DNA from: Sedimentisphaerales bacterium
GTDB lineage: Bacteria > Planctomycetota > Phycisphaerae > Sedimentisphaerales > Anaerobacaceae
DNA length: 64,000 nt
Assembly (NCBI GenBank): GCA_040772485.1
Contig: JAXGYC010000007.1
Location: forward strand, 800,001-864,000
Direction: 5' to 3'
Below, in pieces: positions 1 through 8,931 of the stretch. The position numbers and the translations under genes were made by a program. How positions within the stretch are numbered: position 1 is the stretch's first letter; every line of letters starts with the position of its first letter. The notes under the pieces were generated by a model. The model saw nothing but the letters and a program-made list of their open reading frames with translations. It ran no database searches and was not told where the DNA came from.

Positions 1-1
1 C

Positions 2-1423
2 CGCGTAGAGGGTCTGTCCCTCGTGGATGTTCTGCCACCGGAAGTCACGTTCGTCTCGGCCGACGGCGACGGCGTCTACGGCGCCTATGACCGGGACAAA
101 CACATCTACACGTGGTCCTATCCTTCCCTGTTGCCCGATTCTGCTGCGCGCGTGACGATCACGGTGAACGTCCGCGAGGAGACCACACCGGGTACAGTCG
201 TCGAGAACTCAGTGACGATCGACAGCAACGACGCCGATCCTCAGACCGCCCGCGTAACGGCTGTGGCCGTCCAGGCAAAGCCCAAGCCGCTGGAACTGAC
301 CAAGACCGTCACCGGCGGCGTCCAGGGGATGGACGATCAAGGGACGATGTACGTCGCGGCCGGCCAGGAGATCACCTATAAGGTCTGCGTACGCAACGAC
401 AATCGTCAATCGGCCAGCAGCGTGGTGGTCGTGGACACCCTTCCGCCCGAGGTGACGTTCGTAGCCGCCGGCGGCGACGGCGACTTCGGATCGTACGACC
501 GCGCCAACCACACCTATACGTGGCGCTATGACGTGCTGGGGCCGGGAGAGACGATCTGCGTGGACCTGGTCGTCCGCGTCAATGACGACGCACGTCCCGG
601 ATCGACGATCACCAACCACGTCCGCGCCGAGTGCAACGAGGTCGCGCCCGCCGATATCGACACGGAGGTCGTCGCGGAGCTGGAACCGCCCCTCGTGAGC
701 AAGACGGTGGTGGCGTCTGCGGACGGCAAGACCGCCGCGGGCTGCGTCCATCCCGGCGGCGAAGTCACCTACGAAATCTGCATCGAGAACACGCAGAACG
801 TTGTCCTTACCGGCGTGCTCGTGGTCGACCATCTTCCCGACGGCGTAACATTCATCCGGGCCGAAGGCGACGATGGGGCCGGATACTACGACCCGCCGTC
901 TCACACGTTCACCTGGGCGTACCCGGTGCTGCGGCCCGGGGCGGTGCAGTGCGTGAGGTTGACGGTCCGGCTGAACTACGACCTCACACCCGGCCAGATC
1001 GTGGTCAACTCCGTGAGTCTCGACGCCGCTCAGACGCCGGCTGTGGATGCCAGCGTGGAAGTCTGCGTGGGTGACGCACCATTGGCCGTGGCGTTGACGT
1101 TCAGCCCGCTGATCCTCGGCCGCACCGGCTACAACCCCTCGGACCAGCTCACCGCCCTGCTCGAGTTCCCGGCCGAGATCAAGGAAAGCGACATCAGTCT
1201 GGCAACCCTGTCGCTCGATCCCGGCGGCGTCGCCGCCAGCTCGCGATCCGTGACGGTGGTCAAAGGAAAAGTGCAGGTGCGCGCCACATTCGATCTGATC
1301 GAGGTCCTCGATGCCATCCCGGGCAACGGAATCACGACCTTGTACGTAGGCGGCAAGTTGCAGTCCGGACTCCCGTTCGTCGGACAAGGGACGGTGCTCG
1401 TGGTTGCCGAGAGGCCATTCTGA
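2..1423 (+). CDS. DUF11 (Ig-like) repeat surface protein, 5'-truncated by the window edge
   Basis: Frame is open from base 2. Three repeats of VDxLPxxVTFxxAxGDxxxGxYDxxxHxxTWxYxxLxP, with KT..G..ITY and T/VNxV flanks typical of DUF11, followed by a distinct C-terminal beta-rich domain. Confidence 0.8.
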   Translation, partial: RVEGLSLVDVLPPEVTFVSADGDGVYGAYDRDKHIYTWSYPSLLPDSAARVTITVNVREETTPGTVVENSVTIDSNDADPQTARVTAVAVQAKPKPLELTKTVTGGVQGMDDQGTMYVAAGQEITYKVCVRNDNRQSASSVVVVDTLPPEVTFVAAGGDGDFGSYDRANHTYTWRYDVLGPGETICVDLVVRVNDDARPGSTITNHVRAECNEVAPADIDTEVVAELEPPLVSKTVVASADGKTAAGCVHPGGEVTYEICIENTQNVVLTGVLVVDHLPDGVTFIRAEGDDGAGYYDPPSHTFTWAYPVLRPGAVQCVRLTVRLNYDLTPGQIVVNSVSLDAAQTPAVDASVEVCVGDAPLAVALTFSPLILGRTGYNPSDQLTALLEFPAEIKESDISLATLSLDPGGVAASSRSVTVVKGKVQVRATFDLIEVLDAIPGNGITTLYVGGKLQSGLPFVGQGTVLVVAERPF

Positions 1424-1500
1424 AGTTTGAAGTTTCAAGTTTGAAGTGCGGCGAAGCATCACTCTTCAAACTTCACACTTAGAACTTCACACTCGAAACT
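1421..1500. repeat. Heptamer tandem array followed by an inverted heptamer array
   Basis: TGAAGTT TGAAGTT TCAAGTT TGAAGTG (1421-1448), then CTTCAAA CTTCACA CTTAGAA CTTCACA CTCGAAA (1464-1498). Confidence 0.9.
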
Positions 1501-1516
1501 GAATAAGGAGCTTTGA

Positions 1517-2395
1517 ATGAGACCGAGAACGACATTCGTTAGCCTCTGCATCGGCCTGGCCGTCGGTGTTTCGTCGGCCCTAGCGGGCGCCCCGATGGGA
1601 CCGACGCTGCCTGTCATGCAGAAGGGACAATGGGCCTTCGGAATCGAGTATGCGTACGAGAAGATCGATGCCGAAGCCGACGGAAGCTGCACGGAAAGCA
1701 TCGTCGGCGGACTGTCCGAGAAATACCACCAGGAATTCATGATCGACGGCATGAAGGCCAATATGCTGTTCGGGCGCATTGAATACGCCCTGTGTCGGGA
1801 CTGGGACGTGTTCGTCCGCCTGGGCGCCTCCGATGCCGATGCAGACATCAAGGCGTCCGGCCCCGGCGTCGTCCTTGGAGGCCAGGGCGGCAAAGTGGGC
1901 TTCGACGGCAGCTTCGGCTTCGGCGCCGGCGTGGGCACCCGCGCAACACTCTACCGATGCGGACCCTGGCGTGTCGACGGCCTGGCCCAGGTGACGTGGC
2001 TGGACCCGGACGACAGCGATTTCCGGATCACCAATCCCGAAGACCCGAGCGAAATCGCCGCCGGCACCGCGAAGCTCGACTACCTTCAGACCCAGATCGG
2101 CCTGACCGCTGTCTATCGAGGCGACGCCTGGAGCGTCTGGGCGGGTCCCTTTCTCCAGATCATTGACGGCGACCTCGACATGAACGCGCGGTTCCTCTTC
2201 GACGGCGTCACCGAGGGTCGGATCTGTTGCTCCGGCGACGTCGAGGAAGACTCACAGTTCGGCCTGAGCCTGGGCGCCAACTGCGAGGTGAACAAGAACT
2301 TCGTCGCCTGGATCGAAGGCCAGTTCACGGGTGATTCCTGGCTGGTGGGCATCGGCGGAATGATCCGCCCCGACCAGCTCTTCGGCGAATGGTAA
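1517..2395 (+). CDS. Putative outer-membrane beta-barrel protein
   Basis: SD AAGGAG upstream; signal peptide ending ALA; alternating amphipathic Gly/aromatic strands (WAFGIEYAY, WDVFVRLGA, FGFGAGVG, WSVWAGPF); terminal aromatic residue. Confidence 0.65.
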   Translation: MRPRTTFVSLCIGLAVGVSSALAGAPMGPTLPVMQKGQWAFGIEYAYEKIDAEADGSCTESIVGGLSEKYHQEFMIDGMKANMLFGRIEYALCRDWDVFVRLGASDADADIKASGPGVVLGGQGGKVGFDGSFGFGAGVGTRATLYRCGPWRVDGLAQVTWLDPDDSDFRITNPEDPSEIAAGTAKLDYLQTQIGLTAVYRGDAWSVWAGPFLQIIDGDLDMNARFLFDGVTEGRICCSGDVEEDSQFGLSLGANCEVNKNFVAWIEGQFTGDSWLVGIGGMIRPDQLFGEW

Positions 2396-2456
2396 GAGCT
2401 CGTAGTGTGCCCGCGAGGGCAAAGGTGGACAAATCGCCCGCCGCGGCGGGCCACTA

Positions 2457-3356
2457 CTAACGGTCGTCTTTGAACCTTTTCATCCACTCGGGCCAGTCGC
2501 CGGGCCGCACGCCACCGGCTTTCGTCCAGGGTCCGGCCGTGTCGTACTCTCGATGCCACTTCAGCGTCCATAGCTGTTTGAGCCCCACCTTGCGGACCGA
2601 CCAGTCCATGAACACCGCGTGGATTCCGCCGCGGTGCCGGTCCATGCAGACGTTGCTGCTCTCATACAAGAGCGGATCGGCATCCTCATCCGGCGGCGGC
2701 CCGTCCAGCGTCCCGCTGTAGACCGAACGACAGCAATCGAAGACGAGCGGCGCGTTTGAGGCCTCCTTCACGTCGGGCGTGGTCCAGCAGGCGGAATTGG
2801 GCCTGGCTTCGTCCGGCTGCCGGCCGAGGCCCACCCAACTGTTGACACCGTAGCTGCCCAGGAATTCCCGCTCCACCTCGCCCCAGCCCCCTTCCGGGAG
2901 GCGTTCGGCCCCCCGCATACCCCGCCAGGCCCGGAACCTGGCGCCTGTCATGCCGTCGGACGACGGCGTCCTGGCCATCGGGCACAACCAGATGTCCCGG
3001 TAGTTGCCGAACTGGGTGAGGAAGATATACCACCAGCTCTTGACCCAGACGGTGGCCGGCTCCGGCTTGGCCCAGCGGTCCACAAACGTCAGCTCGTTGA
3101 AGAACTTCCCATCGTTGGCCGTCACGTAGGTATTGAGCAGGATGCCCCATTGCCGCAGGTTGGACTGGCAGGTTATAGCCGCCGCCTGCTTGCGAGCGCG
3201 GTGCGTCATCGGCAGCAGGATCGCCAGCAGCAGCGCCAGAATCGCAATCACCACCAGCAGCTCGGTCAGCGTGAACCCCCGCCACTCGCCTTTCCATGGC
3301 TCTTTGCGTCGAGGCGAACAGTCCGCCCCCGCCCATGATGTGCGTCCAATGCTCAT
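2457..3356 (-). CDS. Prepilin-type N-terminal cleavage/methylation protein with H-X9-DG-like C-terminal motif (DUF1559-like)
   Basis: GFTLTELLVVIAILALLLAILLP, then CQSNLRQWG; C-terminal HRGGIHAVFMDW (H-X9-DW variant). Confidence 0.85.
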   Translation of the reverse strand: MSIGRTSWAGADCSPRRKEPWKGEWRGFTLTELLVVIAILALLLAILLPMTHRARKQAAAITCQSNLRQWGILLNTYVTANDGKFFNELTFVDRWAKPEPATVWVKSWWYIFLTQFGNYRDIWLCPMARTPSSDGMTGARFRAWRGMRGAERLPEGGWGEVEREFLGSYGVNSWVGLGRQPDEARPNSACWTTPDVKEASNAPLVFDCCRSVYSGTLDGPPPDEDADPLLYESSNVCMDRHRGGIHAVFMDWSVRKVGLKQLWTLKWHREYDTAGPWTKAGGVRPGDWPEWMKRFKDDR

Positions 3357-3438
3357 CGCATGCGTCCGTACGAAACGCCCCGATCCTACCGGCGCCGGAC
3401 CCGACGCGTCAAGGACCCAGCGACGCCGTCGGCGCGGA

Positions 3439-3528
3439 GGGTGGCAGCCTCAAGGCGCAGTGAAACGGAGCCTTGGGGATGGTCTCCAGGAAGAAGCCAT
3501 CCCCAAGCTTCGCTTGAGGCTGCCACCC
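3439..3528. repeat. Nested perfect inverted repeats (REP/MITE-like or structured RNA)
   Basis: GGGTGGCAGCCTCAAG (3439-3454) pairs with 3513-3528; CTTGGGGATGG (3472-3482) pairs with 3497-3507. Confidence 0.85.
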
Positions 3529-3597
3529 CTCGTTCTGGTCGCTCCTGCCGAGAGTATGGTGTTTTTTGAATGGTTTTGGCTGGGGCTGCGTCCTGTC

Positions 3598-3606
3598 TGG
3601 TAGAAT
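3598..3606 (+). promoter_or_regulatory. Possible extended -10 promoter of the sigma-LRR gene
   Basis: TG-G-TAGAAT about 35 nt upstream of the ATG at 3641; GGAGG SD in between. Confidence 0.4.
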
Positions 3607-3640
3607 ACACGATGAGATCGCATTGGCGGGAGGCTTCGTC

Positions 3641-6544
3641 ATGGGACCGCAGGAGTCGGCACTGCTGAGACGGTTCAGCACAGGCGGGGACGCAGAGGCA
3701 TTCGCCCAGATGGTGCAACTCTACGCCGGACTGGTGTATTCGACCTGCTGGCGGGTTCTCAAGGACGAGACCGATGCGGCCGATGCGACCCAGGAGACCT
3801 TCTTCGAATTGACCCGCTGCGCCAATCGCATCACGGGATCGCTGGCCGGCTGGCTCCACAAGGTCGCCACGCAGAAGTCGATCGATCTGCTTCGCCGTTG
3901 CGCCAGCCGCAAGCACCGCGAGGAGGCTTATGCCCGCACGCAGCCGGTCGAGGTGAACTCCTGGCAGAACCTGTCGGGCCACGTCGATCAGGCGCTGGAC
4001 GAGCTGGATGAAGCCACGAAATCGCTGCTGTTGGAGCGGTTTGTGCTGGGCAAGAGCACGGTGCTGATTGCTCGTGAACATGGCACCTCCCAGGCAACCG
4101 TTTCGCGGCGGGTCAGCGCCGGGCTGAACCAACTGCGCGGCATCCTCCGCCGCAGGGGCCTGCTCGTTGCCGCCGGGGCGCTGGCAACAATGCTCATGGA
4201 AAGCGCCTCCCAGGCAGTCTCCACCACGGCACTGCATGGGCTGGGCAAGATGGCAATGGTCGGCACGACCGAAGCCGCAGCAGCAACAGCCAAGGTCGGA
4301 CTGGCCAAGGTCCTCGTCGCAGCCTCTGTCGTCGGCATCCTGTCGGTGGGCGCGTACGTGCATCTCGGACGGTCGGCCTCCCCCACAGCAACGACGCCCG
4401 CACGCGGCCACTCCGTTTCCGCCACAGGTGGAGGCGCACCGCTTCCCGGCCTCGACCGCATGGCGATGGCTGTCGATCCAAAGGAAGATGCCTGGGAGCC
4501 AGCGTCCGAACCAGAACCGCCGACAGCGGAGAGAAGCTGGACTGACGAGCCCGGCGTCAACCCGTTCGGCGTCTTGGCAGACCATCGCCCCTTCGGCGCT
4601 GCAACGGGCGCTGCGATTCGACAGATCGAAGCGACCAAGCCGGACCGCCCGCCGACGCCCGCCCGGACCCTGCGTTTCCCGAGCGAGCAGTCAATTGGCG
4701 TGGTGTACCTCCAGGATGAAGACCTCGTGGTCCCGGAGACCGTCAAGGGCTTTCATCCGGGCCATGTCTACGCAGAGATGGAGAACTACAGTTGCGCCCA
4801 AGGCGAGATTCACATCCCCGCCGGCAAACGAGTCATTCTGTGCGTTCGGGGCATCGGCGTGACGCCGCAACGCTATCTCGCCGCGATCGAATCACTCGAC
4901 CCGGATGATCTCTACGGCCTGCAGTTCTTCAGTCTCCAGCCCGTCCACATTGAGGACGATCTGATCGCGCCCGTCGCCCGGTTGACGGGTCTGCGACACC
5001 TGGGCCTTGGCAGCGTCAGCGTCGGCCCAGAGGGTCTTTCGTCTCTGGCTCAGTTGCCCCATGTCGAGCAGCTCACCACACCCGAGGGACTGACAGACGA
5101 AGGAATGGCTCAGATCGCGAAGATGTCGTCGCTGCGAGTCCTCCACATGGCCCGGGACCGACTGACCGACGAAGGACTGAGGTCGCTGAGCAAGCTGACC
5201 GGTCTGGAGAGTCTGGACCTGTACGGCAATCCCTCCATGACGGACGAAGGGCTTGCCGCCCTGACGAATCTGCACGGGCTTCGACACCTGCGGCTCGGCA
5301 TGGAGGGACGTTTCACCGACCGGTCGATGACGTACTTGGCCGCCCTGCCTTCCCTGAAGGTGCTCTGGCTGGACACGCACAACGTGACGGACGAGGGGCT
5401 GCGGCAGCTCTCGCAAAGCCGGTCGCTGGAGCGATTGTGCGTCCACTGGCTGGAGAAGATCACCGGGCGCGGCATTGAGTGCTTGAGAGCGATGCCGCAG
5501 TTGAAGGCCCTGGACATCACCAGCGCCGCATTCACGGAGGCGGACCTGGCGGCCGTCACGGCCATGCCGAATCTGGAGCACCTGGTCCTGCCGCACTGCG
5601 CCTTCGGCGATGCAGCCATCGGCCAATTGACCTCGCTCGATCGTCTCCGATACCTCTGGGTCAACTGCTCGGACAACTCGCCGCTGACGGACAAGGCGCT
5701 GCTGGCCGTCAGTCGTATGCAGGAGCTTGAAGAGCTATACATCGGCGGAACGGAATTCACGAATGAAGGGATCGCGCTGCTGAAGAACCTCAATCACCTG
5801 CGCGCGCTGCACATGGCGTTCTGGCGCGGACTGGACAATGACACGCTCAAGCTGCTGGCGCAGTTTCGCGCGTTGCGGGAGCTGTCCTGGAGTTCTTCAG
5901 ATCGCGTGACGATGTCGGGGCTCAGCGCGCTGAACGACTTGGGCGACCTCGCCAGCCTGTCGGCTGACGGCGTGCGACAGGACCACAAAGGGCTGGATCT
6001 GTCGGGGCTGAAGAACCTGACAAGCCTGAGAATCACGCTTCGGCACCAGACGAGGAAGGCCGGGGACGGGTTCGTGACAACCAGCGACGTGTTCCACGAC
6101 AGCGATCTGGCCTGCCTGAGCGGACTGACGGGCCTGGAAACTCTCAGCCTCTCCGGGCGGGGCATCGGAGACGAAGGCATGGCGCATCTGGCGCCGCTGA
6201 CCAAGGTGAAATATCTGGACATCGAAGGCAGCGCCGAGCTGACCGACGAGGGCCTCAAGGCTCTGGCCGGCATGCATCGGCTCGATTGCCTCCGCATCTA
6301 CCAGAGTCGAATCAGCGAACGGGGCCTGGAGGCCCTGTACCTGCTGAAGACGATTCACATTCTTGACATCCGCTCGACGCTGCCGATCGGCGTCCAGGCC
6401 ATCGCCCGGCTGCGAACCGAGCTGCCGCACCTTCAGAGCCTGAACATCGGTCGTCCTGAATCGGCGAACGTGAAGGCGCGAGGGCAGGCCATGTCCGAAA
6501 GACCGGTCCGCCGGCGGCCGGCCGGAAACGCAAAGAGGTGGTAG
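3641..6544 (+). CDS. ECF-type sigma-70 factor fused via a TM helix to a leucine-rich-repeat domain
   Basis: Region 2 (AFAQMV..YAGLVYSTCWRVL..DAADATQETF..LAGWLHKVA) and region 4 HTH (IAREHGTSQATVSRRV); hydrophobic segment VLVAASVVGILSVGAYV; many ~24-25 aa LxxLxxLxL..xTDEGL repeats. Start moved to the ATG at 3641 (SD GGAGG). Confidence 0.9.
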   Translation: MGPQESALLRRFSTGGDAEAFAQMVQLYAGLVYSTCWRVLKDETDAADATQETFFELTRCANRITGSLAGWLHKVATQKSIDLLRRCASRKHREEAYARTQPVEVNSWQNLSGHVDQALDELDEATKSLLLERFVLGKSTVLIAREHGTSQATVSRRVSAGLNQLRGILRRRGLLVAAGALATMLMESASQAVSTTALHGLGKMAMVGTTEAAAATAKVGLAKVLVAASVVGILSVGAYVHLGRSASPTATTPARGHSVSATGGGAPLPGLDRMAMAVDPKEDAWEPASEPEPPTAERSWTDEPGVNPFGVLADHRPFGAATGAAIRQIEATKPDRPPTPARTLRFPSEQSIGVVYLQDEDLVVPETVKGFHPGHVYAEMENYSCAQGEIHIPAGKRVILCVRGIGVTPQRYLAAIESLDPDDLYGLQFFSLQPVHIEDDLIAPVARLTGLRHLGLGSVSVGPEGLSSLAQLPHVEQLTTPEGLTDEGMAQIAKMSSLRVLHMARDRLTDEGLRSLSKLTGLESLDLYGNPSMTDEGLAALTNLHGLRHLRLGMEGRFTDRSMTYLAALPSLKVLWLDTHNVTDEGLRQLSQSRSLERLCVHWLEKITGRGIECLRAMPQLKALDITSAAFTEADLAAVTAMPNLEHLVLPHCAFGDAAIGQLTSLDRLRYLWVNCSDNSPLTDKALLAVSRMQELEELYIGGTEFTNEGIALLKNLNHLRALHMAFWRGLDNDTLKLLAQFRALRELSWSSSDRVTMSGLSALNDLGDLASLSADGVRQDHKGLDLSGLKNLTSLRITLRHQTRKAGDGFVTTSDVFHDSDLACLSGLTGLETLSLSGRGIGDEGMAHLAPLTKVKYLDIEGSAELTDEGLKALAGMHRLDCLRIYQSRISERGLEALYLLKTIHILDIRSTLPIGVQAIARLRTELPHLQSLNIGRPESANVKARGQAMSERPVRRRPAGNAKRW

Positions 6545-6610
6545 TCGCGCACATGGATTTGTGCCAGGTGGCATGAGCGAGACACATTTTGCGGAAGGGA
6601 AGTGCGAGAT

Positions 6611-7450
6611 ATGGAGCGATTCAGACAGTGGATTCTGCCGGTCCTGGCTGCGGTTCTGATTCTGGGCGCGGCGATGACGGTTCTGTTACTGTCGCGCCCC
6701 CATATAGGAGACCTCTTGTCATTCACAGGAAGACCGCCCAGCCAATCCCCTCTCTCGGATGGGGAGTCGGCCCGTTCAGTCACATACCGGTTTCTCTTTC
6801 CGGGTGAGGCCCACGCGGCGCCGGGCAAGCTGACGCTGGGCCGGTTCGCCAACGGCCACCTCTGCGAGGGCGCGACCTGGGAGTTTGACGGCATCGACCA
6901 GTGGCACGGCTGGGCTTCAGCTATCTTCGCCAGAGAGAGGCACTGGACCCCCGAGGAGCAGCCCGGCTGGCGAATCAGCCGATGGCTGGTCGAGAACATC
7001 GATTCCGCCTACGACTGCGACCACCTGTTTTGGAGTATCCAGGCGTTGCAATACCTGGACCCGGACAGCTTGGCCAACGAGATCGACATGATCGAGCATT
7101 CCGGCTGCACGGTGCGTATCGTGCTGACCGAAGGTGTGAGCACATATGACTACAATGTGGATACGCTTTATTGGAATCCTGTCGCGGTTCCGGACCCGTT
7201 GGCGGCATTGGCCCACGAACTGCATCACGCCTGGCACGACCTCTGCCGCAATGGCGACGCGGTCCCCGACAAAGGGCGAGAGCAACTGGCGCTGCTGGCG
7301 GAGAATCGCATTCGACACATCCTGTTCCTCAAAGACCCCGCCAGTTCACACCTGTATCCCAGACTGGGAACGCAGGAATCGCCGCCTGAAATCCTGGGGG
7401 ATTCACCTCAGGAAACGTGGGCCAACTACCGGAATGCGATAGCGCACTGA
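6611..7450 (+). CDS. Membrane-anchored putative zinc metallopeptidase (HExxH; M91/NleD-like motif layout)
   Basis: N-terminal TM (WILPVLAAVLILGAAMTVLLL); LAHELHHAW followed by a downstream ENRIR motif. Confidence 0.6.
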   Translation: MERFRQWILPVLAAVLILGAAMTVLLLSRPHIGDLLSFTGRPPSQSPLSDGESARSVTYRFLFPGEAHAAPGKLTLGRFANGHLCEGATWEFDGIDQWHGWASAIFARERHWTPEEQPGWRISRWLVENIDSAYDCDHLFWSIQALQYLDPDSLANEIDMIEHSGCTVRIVLTEGVSTYDYNVDTLYWNPVAVPDPLAALAHELHHAWHDLCRNGDAVPDKGREQLALLAENRIRHILFLKDPASSHLYPRLGTQESPPEILGDSPQETWANYRNAIAH

Positions 7451-7493
7451 TATGCTCTGTGGAGCTATTGCCACGACGCCGGACGTGTTCGGC

Positions 7494-7522
7494 TTGACCG
7501 GCCGGGACGGAAGAGGTAGCAT
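7494..7522 (+). promoter_or_regulatory. Sigma70-type promoter
   Basis: TTGACC-N17-TAGCAT upstream of the gene at 7627. Confidence 0.5.
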
Positions 7523-7626
7523 GGTGCTGCGGACGGGCAGAACGTGAATGGATCGCACCGCACTGGTGCACACGACGTAGCAGATAGAGTCGGTGCCAAA
7601 CGTCAATCTCTGCACGGAGGTCTGTT

Positions 7627-8199
7627 ATGGTGTCAAAAACACTCTTGCCGCGTGTTGGCCTTGGGTTGTGGCTGGTCGCCATACTGGCGGACGGGACCGT
7701 CTGGGCACAGAATCACTACTACGGGCCCGGCGTGATCGTGATTCACCGGTATCGGCCGGGGGGATGGCTGTACTACGGTCCGAACACCTACACGTATGTC
7801 CAGACAAACCCCTATGTATATGGACCGTTGGTCAGTACGCGTTCACGGCCATCCTACCGCCAGCCCATTCAGATGCCGATCCCGACCGATGTCGGCACTG
7901 GAGCCGCGGCGCCCAACCCGTACCAGGAGTATTACAGCCCGCACATCCCGCGTTATTACAGGCAGCAGGATCAGGCCGGGCAGACCGAGACGCCGCTCGA
8001 ACCCGCTCCACAGAGCAGCCCGGCGCCAGATCCGGTTCGCAGTGATCCCGATGTCATCGGGATCACTACAAACGAATCCCCTCCGGCCCCACCCGAACAG
8101 GTCAAGCCGGCAGGAGAGAATCAGCTCCAACCGAGCCCGCCGACGCCCAGCGAGCGAACCCGGAGACCCGCGCGTCGAAAGCCGATCCGCTACCGCTGA
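7627..8199 (+). CDS. Hypothetical secreted Tyr/Pro-rich low-complexity protein
   Basis: SD GGAGG; signal-peptide-like N-terminus ending VWA; Tyr-rich segment followed by a Pro-rich tail. Confidence 0.6.
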   Translation: MVSKTLLPRVGLGLWLVAILADGTVWAQNHYYGPGVIVIHRYRPGGWLYYGPNTYTYVQTNPYVYGPLVSTRSRPSYRQPIQMPIPTDVGTGAAAPNPYQEYYSPHIPRYYRQQDQAGQTETPLEPAPQSSPAPDPVRSDPDVIGITTNESPPAPPEQVKPAGENQLQPSPPTPSERTRRPARRKPIRYR

Positions 8200-8211
8200 A
8201 GACCGCTCGGC

Positions 8212-8280
8212 GGAAGTCTCAAGTTTGAAGTTTCAAGTTTGAAGCGGGCGACTTGGCACTTCCCACTTCACACTTCCCAC
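8212..8280. repeat. Second heptamer/inverted-heptamer element
   Basis: GGAAGTC TCAAGTT TGAAGTT TCAAGTT TGAAGCG, then ACTTGGC ACTTCCC ACTTCAC ACTTCCC; 24 nt (8221-8244) identical to 1423-1446. Confidence 0.9.
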
Positions 8281-8337
8281 GGGCTGGGTGAGAAAAGTTC
8301 GTGCAGGTGCTGTCGTCGTGACGTATAATCGCAGCCT

Positions 8338-8919
8338 ATGGAACTGCCAGAACTTGAGAAACCCGAGAGGTACACAGGGCTGTATATCTTCGATTTCGGC
8401 GACCAGGCCAGCGTCGGGTTCACAGCCGAGGAAGTGGCCGAGTTGCTCGAAAGCGAGCGCTATCGCGACGGCAAGGTCTACAAGATCCACCGGGCTTATC
8501 CGGACGGCCGGCTGGAGATCAGGGGTGTTCCCGCCCAGACCTTCCAGTTGGAGTCGGGAATGCTGTTCTACTCGGCGAAACGCCAGCAGGCCCAGGACGA
8601 CTTCAAGCGTCTGATCGCTGCGGCCGTTGTCGCACAGCCCCCCTGCCGGGCGAAGGTGCACCTGGTCCGGTACGCCGATGACAAATTCGCAGTGGCCCTG
8701 ATCTATCCGGCGGAATACGAAGAGGAGGTCAGCTCCTGGTTGCTGGCCCGCGCCTATCGGACGGCGGGCGCCGCCGAGGGGGGAACCGGGGCCATCGAGC
8801 GGTACTATCGTGACGCGCCGGAGGTCCTCGAACGCCACCAGCTCTTCGGCGCCGGCGAGGCTGTCAGCCGCACCGGAGATGAGCTGCTGGTCTCGCTGAA
8901 GCGGGCCGTGCAGAGGTAG
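8338..8919 (+). CDS. Hypothetical protein
   Basis: Globular-looking 193 aa ORF with normal composition; TATAAT at 8324-8329 just upstream. Confidence 0.75.
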   Translation: MELPELEKPERYTGLYIFDFGDQASVGFTAEEVAELLESERYRDGKVYKIHRAYPDGRLEIRGVPAQTFQLESGMLFYSAKRQQAQDDFKRLIAAAVVAQPPCRAKVHLVRYADDKFAVALIYPAEYEEEVSSWLLARAYRTAGAAEGGTGAIERYYRDAPEVLERHQLFGAGEAVSRTGDELLVSLKRAVQR

Positions 8920-8931
8920 TCGCAGACACAG

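Noticed and set aside
1421..1500. Heptamer arrays as a CRISPR array
   Set aside because: The period is 7 nt with no unique spacers, and there are no cas genes in the window.
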